In this document: positions 27,390 to 37,826 of the stretch, piece by piece | How the letters are laid out: every line of letters starts with the position of its first letter | How positions within the stretch are numbered: position 1 is the stretch's first letter | Assembly: GCA_963665095.1 (NCBI GenBank) | Contig: OY762069.1 | Location: forward strand, 160,001 to 224,000 | Source of the DNA: an uncultured Desulfobacter sp. | GTDB taxonomy: Bacteria; Desulfobacterota; Desulfobacteria; Desulfobacterales; Desulfobacteraceae | Length of the DNA: 64,000 bases | Direction of reading: 5' to 3' | The notes under the pieces: generated by a model | The model's input: the letters and a program-made list of their open reading frames with translations, nothing else | What the model was told of the DNA's origin: nothing | Databases searched by the model: none | Translations under genes and position numbers: made by a program

Positions 27390-29723
27390 TTACTGATTAA
27401 AGATTTCCTGTAATTTCAACGCAAGGGAATGCTCTGTAAAGGGTTTATTTAAAAAATTCAATCCCTTGTCCAAAATTCCATGGTGGGCGATGATATCGGC
27501 GGTGTATCCGGACATAAATAAAATTTTGATATCCGGATATATTTTTTGGATCCGGTCAGCCAGTTGTCTGCCGTTCATCTCCGGCATGATAACATCGGTT
27601 ATCAGTAAATGGATGGGTTGCCTGTTCTCAAGTGCCAGTTCAAGCGCTTCATGGGGGGTGTCAGCAGAAAGAACCCTGTAGCCCAGGTCAATAAGCATTT
27701 TTTGCCCCAGCTCCAGAATGGCTTTATCATCCTCCACAAGCAGCACCCTGTATCCTTTTGTGGATGACAGATCAATACCGTCTTTTGTTTTCTCTTTTAG
27801 AAGGCTGTCACCGGTTTTGGGCAGGTATACACTGATGGTTGTCCCTTTTCCGGGTTCACTGTAAGCGTTGATGACCCCGTTATTCTGCTTAATGATCCCG
27901 TAAACAGTTGCCAGCCCAAGGCCTGTTCCCTTGCCGGCCCCCTTTGTTGTAAAAAAAGGTTCAAACATATTACCCAGGGTTTCAGATGTCATCCCCTGTC
28001 CGTCGTCACTTACGGCCAGCATAACATATTCCCCGGGAGTAAATTCCGGATTCTGATCACAATACGCCTGGTCAAAAATGACATTTTTTGTTTCAATAGA
28101 GATCTTTCCCGTACTAATGATGGCATCTCTGGAATTAACGCATAAATTAGCAAGAATCTGATCTATCTGGGAGGGGTCCATTTTTACCGGCCACAGATTT
28201 TTTCCAGGCAACCATTCAAGCCGGATGGCTTCACCTATGAGCCGGCTAAGAATTTTTGACATATTGTCAACCGACTCATTCAAATCGATCACAATGGGTG
28301 CAACAGGCTGTTTCCGTGCAAATGCCAGCAACTGGCGTGTAAGTTCGGCTGCACGTGTTGCGGCCGTATGTACCTGTTTAAAATTGGCATAAAGGGGGTC
28401 GTCTTCGTCCAGAGACCCCATGGAGAGTTCAGCATACCCGATAATAATAGTTGAAATATTGTTGTAATCATGGGCAATGCCACCGGCAAGTCGGCCGATT
28501 GACTCCATTTTCTGGGCCTGAACCAGCCTTTGCTCCATTTGTTTAAGGGCCTTTTCAGCCTCTTTACGGTCCGTGACATTTTGAAAGATGCCTTTTGTGA
28601 TCAGGGGACTGTTGTTATCATAGACTGTTGTTGTGACGCCCTGGATCTGAACTTCTTCTCCTGTTTCAAAGATCAGGCAAAATTCCAGGTTTTTTTCCTG
28701 ATTTGCGGGCACAGGCCTTGAGATTTCCAGCGCTACCCGGTCCCGGTCCCGGGGATGCACCGCACCTATAAACCTGTCGTAGGACAATGCATTTTCACAG
28801 GCATCATACCCAAGCAGCCGGTAAAACCCCTTTGACCAGTAGTCTTCTCCTGTTTCACGGTTCCTTTCAAAATATCCAAGCCTGGCAATATCCTCAGCCT
28901 GCTCAAGCGCATCCACGGTCTTTTTTAACTGCCGTTCCTCCTGTTCAAGTTTGAGAACCAGCTCTTTTTCCCGGAAGAGAGTTGCCTTGAGCTCTTCGGT
29001 CCGATCCCTGACTTTTTGTTCAAGGTTGGAATTCAGATCCATGGCCGTATTTTCAGCCTGTTTCAGCAGGATGTTAAGCAGGAAATCGCGGCGGGACATC
29101 AGCTCCTGTGAATAGCAGACCATCATTCCCAAAAGATTAATGCCGAACATATAAAAAAAGCCCATGGATTGTATGTGAAACGCAATATCCGTAAACACGG
29201 CCACACACACCGTATAGAGCAGTACTATGGTATTACCTGCGGCACAGGCCCATAAAAATGTCAGCCGGATAAAGGTATAACAAAAAAACAGGCAGAAAAT
29301 GATGCCAACAAAATTATAGGGTAACGCCTGCTGGGGCCCAAAGCTGCTGACAAAGGCGAATCCGGAACCTGTTACCAATACGTAAAAGGCAAAAAGCTGC
29401 TGCCAGTATCCGGCATAGTACCGCAACGCAACATAGGATGATGCCAGGCCCACAAGGAAAATCACGGTTACCAGGCTGATAACCCCTATCCAGACAGTCA
29501 GTCGCGACGGATCAACAACAAACGCATCCCACAATCCAACCACGGAATAGAAAAAAATGGCAATCAGATGACAGGCACGTCCGATTTGCAGATTATTTTC
29601 AAAATAGGTTCGTTTAAACTCTGCTTCCAGGCTGCTGTCCTTAAAGCAGAGCGTCAACAGATCAATTGAGAAGTCATCTCCATTATCACATCGCTTAAAA
29701 AGCTGAAGCAAAATGCCTCCCAT
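27390..29723 (-). CDS. Hybrid sensor histidine kinase (6TM-PAS-HisKA-HATPase-REC)
   Basis: Six hydrophobic N-terminal segments, PAS (VHPRDR), LAGGIAHDYNN, GTGLGL and receiver LITDVIMP. Confidence 0.92.
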   Translation of the reverse strand: MGGILLQLFKRCDNGDDFSIDLLTLCFKDSSLEAEFKRTYFENNLQIGRACHLIAIFFYSVVGLWDAFVVDPSRLTVWIGVISLVTVIFLVGLASSYVALRYYAGYWQQLFAFYVLVTGSGFAFVSSFGPQQALPYNFVGIIFCLFFCYTFIRLTFLWACAAGNTIVLLYTVCVAVFTDIAFHIQSMGFFYMFGINLLGMMVCYSQELMSRRDFLLNILLKQAENTAMDLNSNLEQKVRDRTEELKATLFREKELVLKLEQEERQLKKTVDALEQAEDIARLGYFERNRETGEDYWSKGFYRLLGYDACENALSYDRFIGAVHPRDRDRVALEISRPVPANQEKNLEFCLIFETGEEVQIQGVTTTVYDNNSPLITKGIFQNVTDRKEAEKALKQMEQRLVQAQKMESIGRLAGGIAHDYNNISTIIIGYAELSMGSLDEDDPLYANFKQVHTAATRAAELTRQLLAFARKQPVAPIVIDLNESVDNMSKILSRLIGEAIRLEWLPGKNLWPVKMDPSQIDQILANLCVNSRDAIISTGKISIETKNVIFDQAYCDQNPEFTPGEYVMLAVSDDGQGMTSETLGNMFEPFFTTKGAGKGTGLGLATVYGIIKQNNGVINAYSEPGKGTTISVYLPKTGDSLLKEKTKDGIDLSSTKGYRVLLVEDDKAILELGQKMLIDLGYRVLSADTPHEALELALENRQPIHLLITDVIMPEMNGRQLADRIQKIYPDIKILFMSGYTADIIAHHGILDKGLNFLNKPFTEHSLALKLQEIFNQ

Positions 29724-29936
29724 TATGCTTTGTACTTAACTAAATATGACTTTAGTTCCTATTTCAATGTCAAATTGCTGCATAGTATCCGACAACCAAT
29801 AGAATTTCAAATTTTTATCCGCCATCTGTGGAAAAGCGATCACCTGCGGCATTTTACATGGGAAAATGGATAGTGATAAAAAATAAATGTGAGGTAATGG
29901 GGTATAGGTGCGGCTGTTTTTGCCTGGGGTTTGAAT

Positions 29937-30824
29937 CTAAGACATGAGCCGGGCCAGTTTTTCATCCTTTTCCATCCAGATCTGGTTCAGCCACTCGCAG
30001 AACTGCTGTTTGAACTCGTCATTGTTGAAATAATCCCCAATGAGGTGTTTCCCCACAGGGAATACATCTACATCCACGATGATTTGTCTGGTCTTTCCGG
30101 ATATATAGTCCCAGAAAGTGGGTACCCCGCCGGGATAGGCAATGCTGACATTGACGATATTGTGGAGATAGTCTCCCATGGAACCCAGGACAAAGGCAAT
30201 GCCGCCCGCTCTGGGCAGCAGCAGCCGTTGAAAGGGTGATTTCTGGCGGTCATGTTTTTTGGGGGTGAACCGGGTGCCTTCCACAAAGTTCATGACGGAG
30301 ACAGGGGTGTGCTTGAATTTTTCACAGGCCCGTTTAGTGCTTTCAAGATCTTTGCCCTTAAGATGGGGATTGTCTTTTAAAAACTGCCTGGAATACCGTT
30401 TCATAAACGGAAAGTCCAAAGCCCACCAGGCCACACCAAGAAAGGGTACCCAGATCAGCTCCTTTTTCAAAAAGAATTTCAGCATGGGGATTTTGCGGTT
30501 AAATATTTTTTGCAGCACCAGAATATCCACCCAGGACTGGTGATTGGAAATCACCAGATACCAGTCCTTTTGTTTCAGCTTATCCAACCCCTTTACCTGC
30601 CACTGGATTTTGTTGAACAGGGCGCTGTTCCAGCCGTTAATACTGATCCACAGGGTGGCAATGCTGATAAGCACCTTATCCAGAAAAACAATCACCGGTT
30701 TAAACGGCAAGAAGAATTTTAAAAAGGAGATAAGCATCAGGGGCGTCACCAGCAAAACAGTGTTCACTAGATAACCTAAAAATGAAAGCGCGCCTTTAAG
30801 GGAAGATGGAAGAAAATCGAGCAT
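29937..30824 (-). CDS. yihG: PlsC-family acyltransferase, YihG-like
   Basis: NHQSWVD (HX4D), KFFLKKEL, WWALDFPFMKRYS and FVEGTRFT motifs. Confidence 0.88.
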   Translation of the reverse strand: MLDFLPSSLKGALSFLGYLVNTVLLVTPLMLISFLKFFLPFKPVIVFLDKVLISIATLWISINGWNSALFNKIQWQVKGLDKLKQKDWYLVISNHQSWVDILVLQKIFNRKIPMLKFFLKKELIWVPFLGVAWWALDFPFMKRYSRQFLKDNPHLKGKDLESTKRACEKFKHTPVSVMNFVEGTRFTPKKHDRQKSPFQRLLLPRAGGIAFVLGSMGDYLHNIVNVSIAYPGGVPTFWDYISGKTRQIIVDVDVFPVGKHLIGDYFNNDEFKQQFCEWLNQIWMEKDEKLARLMS

Positions 30825-31195
30825 GAATGAAGTCTCCTTTTGGGTTAAAGGTTTCCGGGTACCTGCCTGGCCGGTTTAACTCATGCCTGTTGTCAGGGCA
30901 ATAAACCGGTTTCAAATAATATATGTAAGCCATTCATAATGTGTTTTTATATTCCGGGTCAATATTTCTTTTTATTTAACAGGCAGCGGCTGTTACAGCC
31001 TTTCTGAGGCAATTTGGCCCAGAGCGAAACACGCAGGAATTCGGTTGGTTATAAATTGGTTTTATTATATATTAATCGCAGATTTTTCCATGGTGTAAAA
31101 AGAACTGACATATCTTGGGTTGTATTTTAAACAGCTTGGCTCATTTCTTCTTTTATTACAGTGTGTTGAAAATAGATTTCGCGGATCGTCTCGCC

Positions 31196-31211
31196 TGGTA
31201 TGGTCATTGCC
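31196..31211 (+). promoter_or_regulatory. sigma54 promoter of the hydrogenase operon
   Basis: TGGTAT-GGTCA-TTGCC with GG-N10-GC spacing, about 130 bp before the start and downstream of an AT-rich region. Confidence 0.7.
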
Positions 31212-31343
31212 TAAACAGGTCTTAGACCCCGGCCTGTATTGAATTTTGACACGGCCGGGTCAGATAACACTGATTATTTTGCACGTCCTGATTTAAATAT
31301 TCCGGGACCACAAAGGTTTCGGCAGACCATTAGGAGGAAACAG

Positions 31344-33344
31344 ATGGCAAAAGTCATTTTCGGGGTCTGGGACAATCTGGTAATCGATAACCGGGGCAAA
31401 AAAATTTTTGAGATTGAGGAGCATCCCGAATTCAAGGATTTTGATGAATTTAACCCGGGCAATCCCATCAAGGCCTTTCTTGGACCCCATGGTTTTTTTA
31501 TTTTTGAACCAGGGGTCAATCTTTTAGATGCTGTTCGCCAGTATATGGAGCGGGTGGCAAAGGAATCCTGCGGTAAATGCACACCCTGCCGGGTGGGCAC
31601 CCAGATTATCCGGTCCAAACTGGCAGACCTGGCCATGGGTAGGGGCGGACCTCAACTTCTGAATGAAATCGAAGCCGTGGCAGTGCATGTCAGGACCACT
31701 TCCATGTGCGGATTGGGCCGTACCGCCACCGTGGCCCTGGAGGAGATGATCCGGTATTTCAGGGAAGAGCTGAGTCCTGGCTGCTCAGCCAGTGAAATTC
31801 CGGACATCCAGCCCGGCATCACATATATTACAGCCCCCTGTATCGAGGCCTGCCCTTCCCGGGTGGATGTGCCGCGGTACATTGATTATGTCAAGGATGG
31901 CAAGTTCACCCACTCTCTGGGCATCATTCTGCAGAAATACCCCATGGCCGCCACCTGCGGCCGGGTCTGTGTCCGGTTCTGCGAAATGGCCTGTCAGAGA
32001 ACCCAGGTGGATGAAGCCGTGGGTATCAAGGTGCTTAAACGTTTTGTTGCTGACCATGAGCAGGAGATGAGTACGGAGTGGTTCTCCTCCCACACCATTC
32101 CAAAGAAAAAAGATCCCGACCTTAAAGTGGCGGTGATCGGTACGGGTCCTGCCGGGATATCTGCGGCATATCACCTGCTGCTGAAAGGGTATCCCGTGGA
32201 TGTTTACGAGGCCAAGTCCGTGCCCGGCGGCATGGCTGCCACAGGCATTCCTGAATACCGCCTGCCCAAGGCTGTGCTGGCCAAGGAGATCGGCATTATC
32301 CAGGCGTTGGGCGGCAATCTGTACTACAACAAGAAGATGGGAAAGGACTTTACCCTGTCCCAGCTGTTTGCCAGGGGATATAAAGCTGTATTTCTCGGCG
32401 TCGGCGCCCATAAAGGCCGTATCATGAGAGCCATGGGCGAAGATACGACCCTTGAGGGCTACAGCTTTGGGGTGGATTTCCTTTTACGCATCAACCACGA
32501 GTATATTGACAAGGGTATCCCCATGACCCTTGGTGAAAAAATGGTGGTGGTGGGCGGCGGCAACGTGGCCATGGACTGTGTCCGGTCAGCCCTTCGCATG
32601 GGCGTCAAAGAGGTGCATCTGGTCTACCGCCGGAGCCGGGATGAGATGCCGGCAGACCCGGATGAGATCGAAGCCGCTGAAAAGGAAGGGGTGATTTTCC
32701 ACATGCTGGTCAATCCGGTACGGGTGATTGCTGAAAAAGGGAAAATCAAAGCCGTGGAACTGGTGGAGATGGCCTTAGGCGAACCGGACAGCTCCGGCCG
32801 CCGAGGGGTGACCCCCATTGAAGGCTCCCAGTTTATCCTGGAAACCGACCATCTGATTCCGGCCATAGGCCAGGAGGTGGAGGCCGGCTTTGTGTCACCG
32901 GAACAGGACCATGTGGATTTTAATCCCTGGGGTACCATCCAGGTGGATACCAACTCTTTGATGACCACCCGTAAAGGCGTGTTTGCCGGCGGGGACTGTG
33001 TCACAGGACCTGCCACCCTGGTCCAGGCCATGGCCCAGGGCGAAAAAGCTGCCAGAGCCATGGACGATTATCTCACCTGTGGCCGGGTCCGCTTTTTTCC
33101 TGCTGACCGGATGAGTGAACTGGTGGCATCGGTTCAACCCATGATCGCCTCAGGCGTTCGGATTCCCGTTCGCCATGAATACCGGGTCAAGATTCCTGAA
33201 CTTAACCCGGAAGTCCGCAAAAAAATTTTTGAGGAGGTGGAAAAGCCCATCTCGGTGGATGAGGCGTACCATGAGGCCCACCGGTGCATGCGGTGTTACA
33301 GGGTCTATTCAGTCATCACAGAACAGGAAGGAGGCAGACCATGA
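31344..33344 (+). CDS. Fe-S flavoprotein: NuoF-type C-terminal [4Fe-4S] domain fused to a GltD/SudA-like NAD(P)H oxidoreductase; hydrogenase partner subunit
   Basis: RBS AGGAGG before ATG 31344. ESCGKCTPCRVG...MCGLG, PCIEACP, CGRVCVRFCEMAC, GTGPAG, GGGNVAMD, VYRRS, FAGGD and RCMRC motifs. Confidence 0.9.
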   Translation: MAKVIFGVWDNLVIDNRGKKIFEIEEHPEFKDFDEFNPGNPIKAFLGPHGFFIFEPGVNLLDAVRQYMERVAKESCGKCTPCRVGTQIIRSKLADLAMGRGGPQLLNEIEAVAVHVRTTSMCGLGRTATVALEEMIRYFREELSPGCSASEIPDIQPGITYITAPCIEACPSRVDVPRYIDYVKDGKFTHSLGIILQKYPMAATCGRVCVRFCEMACQRTQVDEAVGIKVLKRFVADHEQEMSTEWFSSHTIPKKKDPDLKVAVIGTGPAGISAAYHLLLKGYPVDVYEAKSVPGGMAATGIPEYRLPKAVLAKEIGIIQALGGNLYYNKKMGKDFTLSQLFARGYKAVFLGVGAHKGRIMRAMGEDTTLEGYSFGVDFLLRINHEYIDKGIPMTLGEKMVVVGGGNVAMDCVRSALRMGVKEVHLVYRRSRDEMPADPDEIEAAEKEGVIFHMLVNPVRVIAEKGKIKAVELVEMALGEPDSSGRRGVTPIEGSQFILETDHLIPAIGQEVEAGFVSPEQDHVDFNPWGTIQVDTNSLMTTRKGVFAGGDCVTGPATLVQAMAQGEKAARAMDDYLTCGRVRFFPADRMSELVASVQPMIASGVRIPVRHEYRVKIPELNPEVRKKIFEEVEKPISVDEAYHEAHRCMRCYRVYSVITEQEGGRP

Positions 33345-35140
33345 TCGGATACATCAACGGCAAAGAGGTCACCTTTGAACCGGATGAAACCATATTAACC
33401 GTGGCCCGTCGAAACGGCCATTTCATTCCTACTCTGTGCGAGATGGCGGATCTTGATCATACACCGGGCACCTGCCGGGTCTGCCTGGTGGAGATGCGCC
33501 TGGCCCATCAGACAGGCTATCAGGTGGTGACCTCCTGTACCACTCCCATGGCGGAAAATGCTGAAGTGCTGACCCGGACCCCCCGGGTGCGGCAGATGCA
33601 GCGCCTGCAGGTGGAACTGCTTCTGGCAGACCACAACCAGGACTGTGCCTCCTGTATCCGCCACGGCAACTGTGAACTCCAGGATGTGGCCCAGTTTGTG
33701 GGGCTGCAGCAGACAAGGTATCACTATCCCCATTTTTATGAGCAGCGCACCCGGGATTTTTCCTCACCGGCTGTGGTCCGGGATATGAGCAAATGCATTC
33801 GCTGTTTCCGGTGTGTCAGTGTCTGCCGGGAGATTCAGGGCGTGGATGCCCTGGTGATCACAGAAAAGGGCCTTGAGACTGAAATCAGTGTGAGAGACGG
33901 GCTCCCTTTGGGCAGTTCCGCCTGTGTGAGCTGCGGTCAGTGCATTCTGGTCTGTCCGGTGGGGGCTTTGGCTGAAAAGAACGACATCGAAACCGTACAG
34001 GACTTTTTGTATGACCCCGCCATCATCACGGTGTTCCAGTTTGCCCCGGCCATACGAACGGCTTTAGGTGAGGAATTTGGCCTTTCCCCGGGAACGAATG
34101 TGGAAGGTCGTCTGATTACAGCACTCAAGGATTTAGGTGCTGATGTGGTGCTGGACACCAACTTTGCAGCGGATCTGGTGATCATGGAAGAGGGCAGTGA
34201 ACTTCTGGACCGCCTGGAAAAAAAGCGCAGCCTTCCCATGTTCACCTCCTGCTGTCCGGCCTGGGTCTCCTATGTGGAGAAAAATTATCCGGATCTCACA
34301 CCACACATCTCCACCACCCGTTCTCCTCAGCAGTGTTTTGGGGCCATTGCCAAGACCTTTCTGGCTGAAAAAGCAGGCTGGTCTCCCGAGAAAATGCGGG
34401 TGGTCTCCATTATGCCCTGTACCGCCAAGAAAGGGGAGGCCCAGCGGCCGGAGTTCAGTAAAAACGGCCGGCCGGATGTGGATGCGGTCCTTACCACCCG
34501 CGAGCTTGCACGGCTGCTCCGGCGGGAAGGTATTGCCCTGGATTCCCTGGAAGAGGGCACCTTTGACAACCCCTGGATGGGGGCCTGGTCCGGCGCAGCC
34601 GTTATTTTCGGCAGTACCGGCGGGGTGATGGAGGCGGCCGTACGAACGGTCCATAAGGTGGTAACCGGCAAGGAACTTGGGACGGTCTCCTTTTCCCAGG
34701 TCCGGGGAAACGACCGTGTCCGGGATGCCCTGGTGGACCTGGGTAAACCCAAGGGGGCTGTCAAGGTGGCTGTGGTGCATACCCTGAAAGCGGCCGACCA
34801 GATTCTTAAAGACCTGGCTGCAGGACGCTGTGATTACCATTTTGTGGAGGTGATGGCCTGTCCGGGCGGCTGTGCCGGCGGCGGGGGGCAGCCGAGAAGT
34901 AAACATGCCTTCCAGGCGGAAGCGCCCATGCGGCGGGACGGATTGTACCAGATTGATGAGGCGTCAGCAGTTCGCCAGTCCCACAACAATCCTCAGATTA
35001 CCAAGCTATACAAGGAGTTTCTGGGGGCGCCTTTGGGGCATAAATCCCATGAACTGCTCCACACACGGTATCAGAACCGCAGTCGTAAAGTGTCCCGTAC
35101 CATGAGCGAAATCTGGAAAGAGATTGAAGAAAGGGCATAA
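33341..35140 (+). CDS. hydA: [FeFe]-hydrogenase catalytic subunit, group A, with 2Fe-2S, His-ligated 4Fe-4S and 2x4Fe-4S domains
   Basis: H-cluster motifs TSCCPAW, MPCTAKKGE and EVMACPGGCAGGGGQP intact. ATG overlaps the upstream TGA (ATGA) after GGAGG. Confidence 0.95.
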   Translation: MIGYINGKEVTFEPDETILTVARRNGHFIPTLCEMADLDHTPGTCRVCLVEMRLAHQTGYQVVTSCTTPMAENAEVLTRTPRVRQMQRLQVELLLADHNQDCASCIRHGNCELQDVAQFVGLQQTRYHYPHFYEQRTRDFSSPAVVRDMSKCIRCFRCVSVCREIQGVDALVITEKGLETEISVRDGLPLGSSACVSCGQCILVCPVGALAEKNDIETVQDFLYDPAIITVFQFAPAIRTALGEEFGLSPGTNVEGRLITALKDLGADVVLDTNFAADLVIMEEGSELLDRLEKKRSLPMFTSCCPAWVSYVEKNYPDLTPHISTTRSPQQCFGAIAKTFLAEKAGWSPEKMRVVSIMPCTAKKGEAQRPEFSKNGRPDVDAVLTTRELARLLRREGIALDSLEEGTFDNPWMGAWSGAAVIFGSTGGVMEAAVRTVHKVVTGKELGTVSFSQVRGNDRVRDALVDLGKPKGAVKVAVVHTLKAADQILKDLAAGRCDYHFVEVMACPGGCAGGGGQPRSKHAFQAEAPMRRDGLYQIDEASAVRQSHNNPQITKLYKEFLGAPLGHKSHELLHTRYQNRSRKVSRTMSEIWKEIEERA

Positions 35141-36045
35141 TGAGGATCAGGCTTCCATATATTGGTGCCGTCCTTTTATGGCTGAATGCTGTTGTTTTGT
35201 CCGGCACTCTGGCCTCTGAATGGCTAAGGGTGCCGGACACCCCGGCCTCGGTTCCCCTGATTCTGGCAGCCATGGAGATGCCTGAACTTGACGTCAGAAC
35301 CTTTTCCGGGCACGCCCAGGTTCATGCACTGTTTGCCAAGGGGGATGTCCGGCTTATGGCAACAGGACTGTCCGCTGGAATCCGTCTGTTTCAAAACGGG
35401 GTGCCTGTCCGGATGGTAAACGCCTATGTTTCTGGTATGACGTGGGTGGTGGCGGACCGGCGGGTTAGCAATTTGTCCGATCTTGAGGACACAGGGCTGA
35501 TCCTGCCCTTTGAGGGGTCGCCCATTGATGAGGTTACCCGTTTTTTTGTGAAAGCCCATGGCCTTGGCTGGAATGACCGAATTCCAGTCCAGTATATGAT
35601 GTTCCAGGGCAGTCTGCGTCTATTAACCCTTGGCAGAATTCGGGCTGCCGCGCTGCCCGAACCCTGGGCCACCATGGCGGAGCAGCGACCCGGTCTTTAC
35701 CGGGGAATCAGTTACAAAGCACTTTGGCATAAATACAGCGGCCAGTCCTGTGGTTATCCCCAGGTGGGGGTGTTTGTTCGCACGGATGCGGCAGCAGCCC
35801 ATCCTGCCCTTGTGTCCGGGTTGAACCAGGCCCTGGAACAGGCCCTGATAATGATGACACAGAACCCGGACAGGGCAGTTCTGCTGGCGGCTCCATACCT
35901 GCATTTTGAACCGGAACTGATTCGGGCCTCCCTTGACCGGATGGCCTTTGAACTGATTCACGGGCCGGTGCTTAAAGACCGGGTCACCACCTATTACCGG
36001 ATCATTGGAAAGCCCCTGGATGAGGCCTTTGAACACTTTTTTTAA
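35140..36045 (+). CDS. ABC transporter substrate-binding protein (NitT/TauT/SsuA-like)
   Basis: Signal peptide and AAALPEPWAT/YPQVG motifs. TAATG coupling to hydA. Confidence 0.75.
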   Translation: MRIRLPYIGAVLLWLNAVVLSGTLASEWLRVPDTPASVPLILAAMEMPELDVRTFSGHAQVHALFAKGDVRLMATGLSAGIRLFQNGVPVRMVNAYVSGMTWVVADRRVSNLSDLEDTGLILPFEGSPIDEVTRFFVKAHGLGWNDRIPVQYMMFQGSLRLLTLGRIRAAALPEPWATMAEQRPGLYRGISYKALWHKYSGQSCGYPQVGVFVRTDAAAAHPALVSGLNQALEQALIMMTQNPDRAVLLAAPYLHFEPELIRASLDRMAFELIHGPVLKDRVTTYYRIIGKPLDEAFEHFF

Positions 36046-36106
36046 ACCTGTGGCCACAGGACTTACTGCTCTGGTACTTTTTTTTGTAATCTGGGCCGGG
36101 GCTTGA
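36020..36106 (+). pseudogene. Probable truncated ABC permease remnant (28 aa)
   Basis: MRPLNTFFKPVATGLTALVLFFVIWAGA* overlaps the end of the binding-protein gene and resembles the first TM helix of a SsuC/TauC permease. Confidence 0.45.
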
Positions 36107-36117
36107 TGATGAAGTTT

Positions 36118-37701
36118 TCAGGGTCGGGTCAGGCTGTCGGAGTGAAGGGTAAAGGCTTTAATCATCTGCCTTCTGAATTTTTCGATATACACCAGAGTAT
36201 TTTCATCCGGGTCTGAGGCGTTGTTATCCCAGTCCACATAAATCATGGATAAAATTTTACCGTCCACAAATACAGGGAAAATTGCAAATCCCTTGACATG
36301 AAATGGCACTGCTGTCTTATCAAGGTACCAGGAGGGAATCTGCTGCCTGTAAGCCTCTTTTTTAATATCCTTGACAATAATATCGGCTTTCCGGGTAATG
36401 GCGTTATTAAAAATGCCGGATGCCGGCCCCATTTCAAACCCGACAGATTTACCGAATCCATCCAGCCGTTCCTCCCCCCGGACAAACCGGGGCGTCATGG
36501 TGTTGGTCTCCTTGTTTCGGATAGTGATGATAACCTGGTTAAAGTAGAAGTACTGGTCCATGGTATCAATGAGCCGGGTAAAAATTTTATGGATACTTTG
36601 TGCTTCATCCAGGGCATCTTCCACACGGCTGAGGCCCTGGTCAAGTTCGTTCCTGTTTTTAATGCCAGGATCGTTGCTGGTGGTGTCAGCTAACTTGGGA
36701 TCAATACCCAGAATTTCAGCATGGTGGATAACACTGTCCATGGCTGTTAGGGTCAGGTCCAGGGCCTGTCTTGCATCGTAATCAGACAGGTTGCTGTACT
36801 TGTCCACAAGGTCTCCTGCTGCACCAAGGGATTCAGCATTATTTTTCGGTGCAGGGATATTACACAGCTCATAGATAAAGGCGCACAAATATCGGGCCTT
36901 ATCTTTGGGGGCGATGGACAGATGCTGGCCGGCTGTTATCTTTACCGGCCGCATGGCCTGGACGATTTTTTTGGGCAGATTCAGTTTCAGCGCCACCATT
37001 TGGCCCAATTCAGAATAGGTCAGCCCCAGAATCGTTTTGGCTGCCTCCTCTCTTGGCAGCTGATTTTCTTCCATGGCGACCTCCACCCGGATGTAGGTAT
37101 CCGGATCCAGAATCGCCACCAGATACTCCCCTAGTTCATACAGCATGGCTGAAATGGGGAAGGCATCTGACGCTTTGTGCCCCTTATCCCTTTCAATCTG
37201 CCTGGCAACAGCACTGCGGTGAAGGCTTCTGAGCAGTTTATCCTTTAGAAGCCGGGAATTGGCCGTTGACTTCATCATCTCAAAAATCTTAAGTCCGGCT
37301 GCCAGCTGACGGATTTCATCGGCACCCAGTATAATCATGGCCTCGGAGATGGTTGAAATGCCTTTTTCTGAAAAATGGCGGTAAATGGAGGAGTTTACAA
37401 CTTTAAGCACCTGGGCGGTCAACCCCAGGTCTTTGAGGATGACCCGGGCAATATCCCCAGCAGATGAGTAGTCCATATAAAGTATCTGGTTTACGTTGTT
37501 GACCTGTTGAGAAAAGGTTAAAAACGCATCCCGGCCCTGCATTCTTTTTAAAATGCCACTGAGATAAACCCTGAAATCGTCCGGGTCCGAAGGGATACTT
37601 TCCTGGAGGTCTTCAATTGTTCCTTCATTTTTTCCAACCAGTGCGCCGATACAGATGACGTCGAGATCAATACCGGTGTGGGAGGAATCCGTGTCGCCCA
37701 T
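36118..37701 (-). CDS. HDOD domain protein with C-terminal GAF-like domain
   Basis: IARVILKDLGLTAQVLKVVNS, ISTISEAMIILG and YSELGQMVA HDOD motifs (HD replaced by YE). C-terminal FAIFPVFVDGKILSMIYVD. Confidence 0.85.
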   Translation of the reverse strand: MGDTDSSHTGIDLDVICIGALVGKNEGTIEDLQESIPSDPDDFRVYLSGILKRMQGRDAFLTFSQQVNNVNQILYMDYSSAGDIARVILKDLGLTAQVLKVVNSSIYRHFSEKGISTISEAMIILGADEIRQLAAGLKIFEMMKSTANSRLLKDKLLRSLHRSAVARQIERDKGHKASDAFPISAMLYELGEYLVAILDPDTYIRVEVAMEENQLPREEAAKTILGLTYSELGQMVALKLNLPKKIVQAMRPVKITAGQHLSIAPKDKARYLCAFIYELCNIPAPKNNAESLGAAGDLVDKYSNLSDYDARQALDLTLTAMDSVIHHAEILGIDPKLADTTSNDPGIKNRNELDQGLSRVEDALDEAQSIHKIFTRLIDTMDQYFYFNQVIITIRNKETNTMTPRFVRGEERLDGFGKSVGFEMGPASGIFNNAITRKADIIVKDIKKEAYRQQIPSWYLDKTAVPFHVKGFAIFPVFVDGKILSMIYVDWDNNASDPDENTLVYIEKFRRQMIKAFTLHSDSLTRP

Positions 37702-37826
37702 TCATACTCCGTTTTAAAACTTAACTTGAAAATAACAGTGGATCGTTTAGGATAATATAATCCTAATATTAGACATTTAAAGCGCCATTTTCAAATGATT
37801 TAACCCCTCAGATCTGGAGACAGGCC

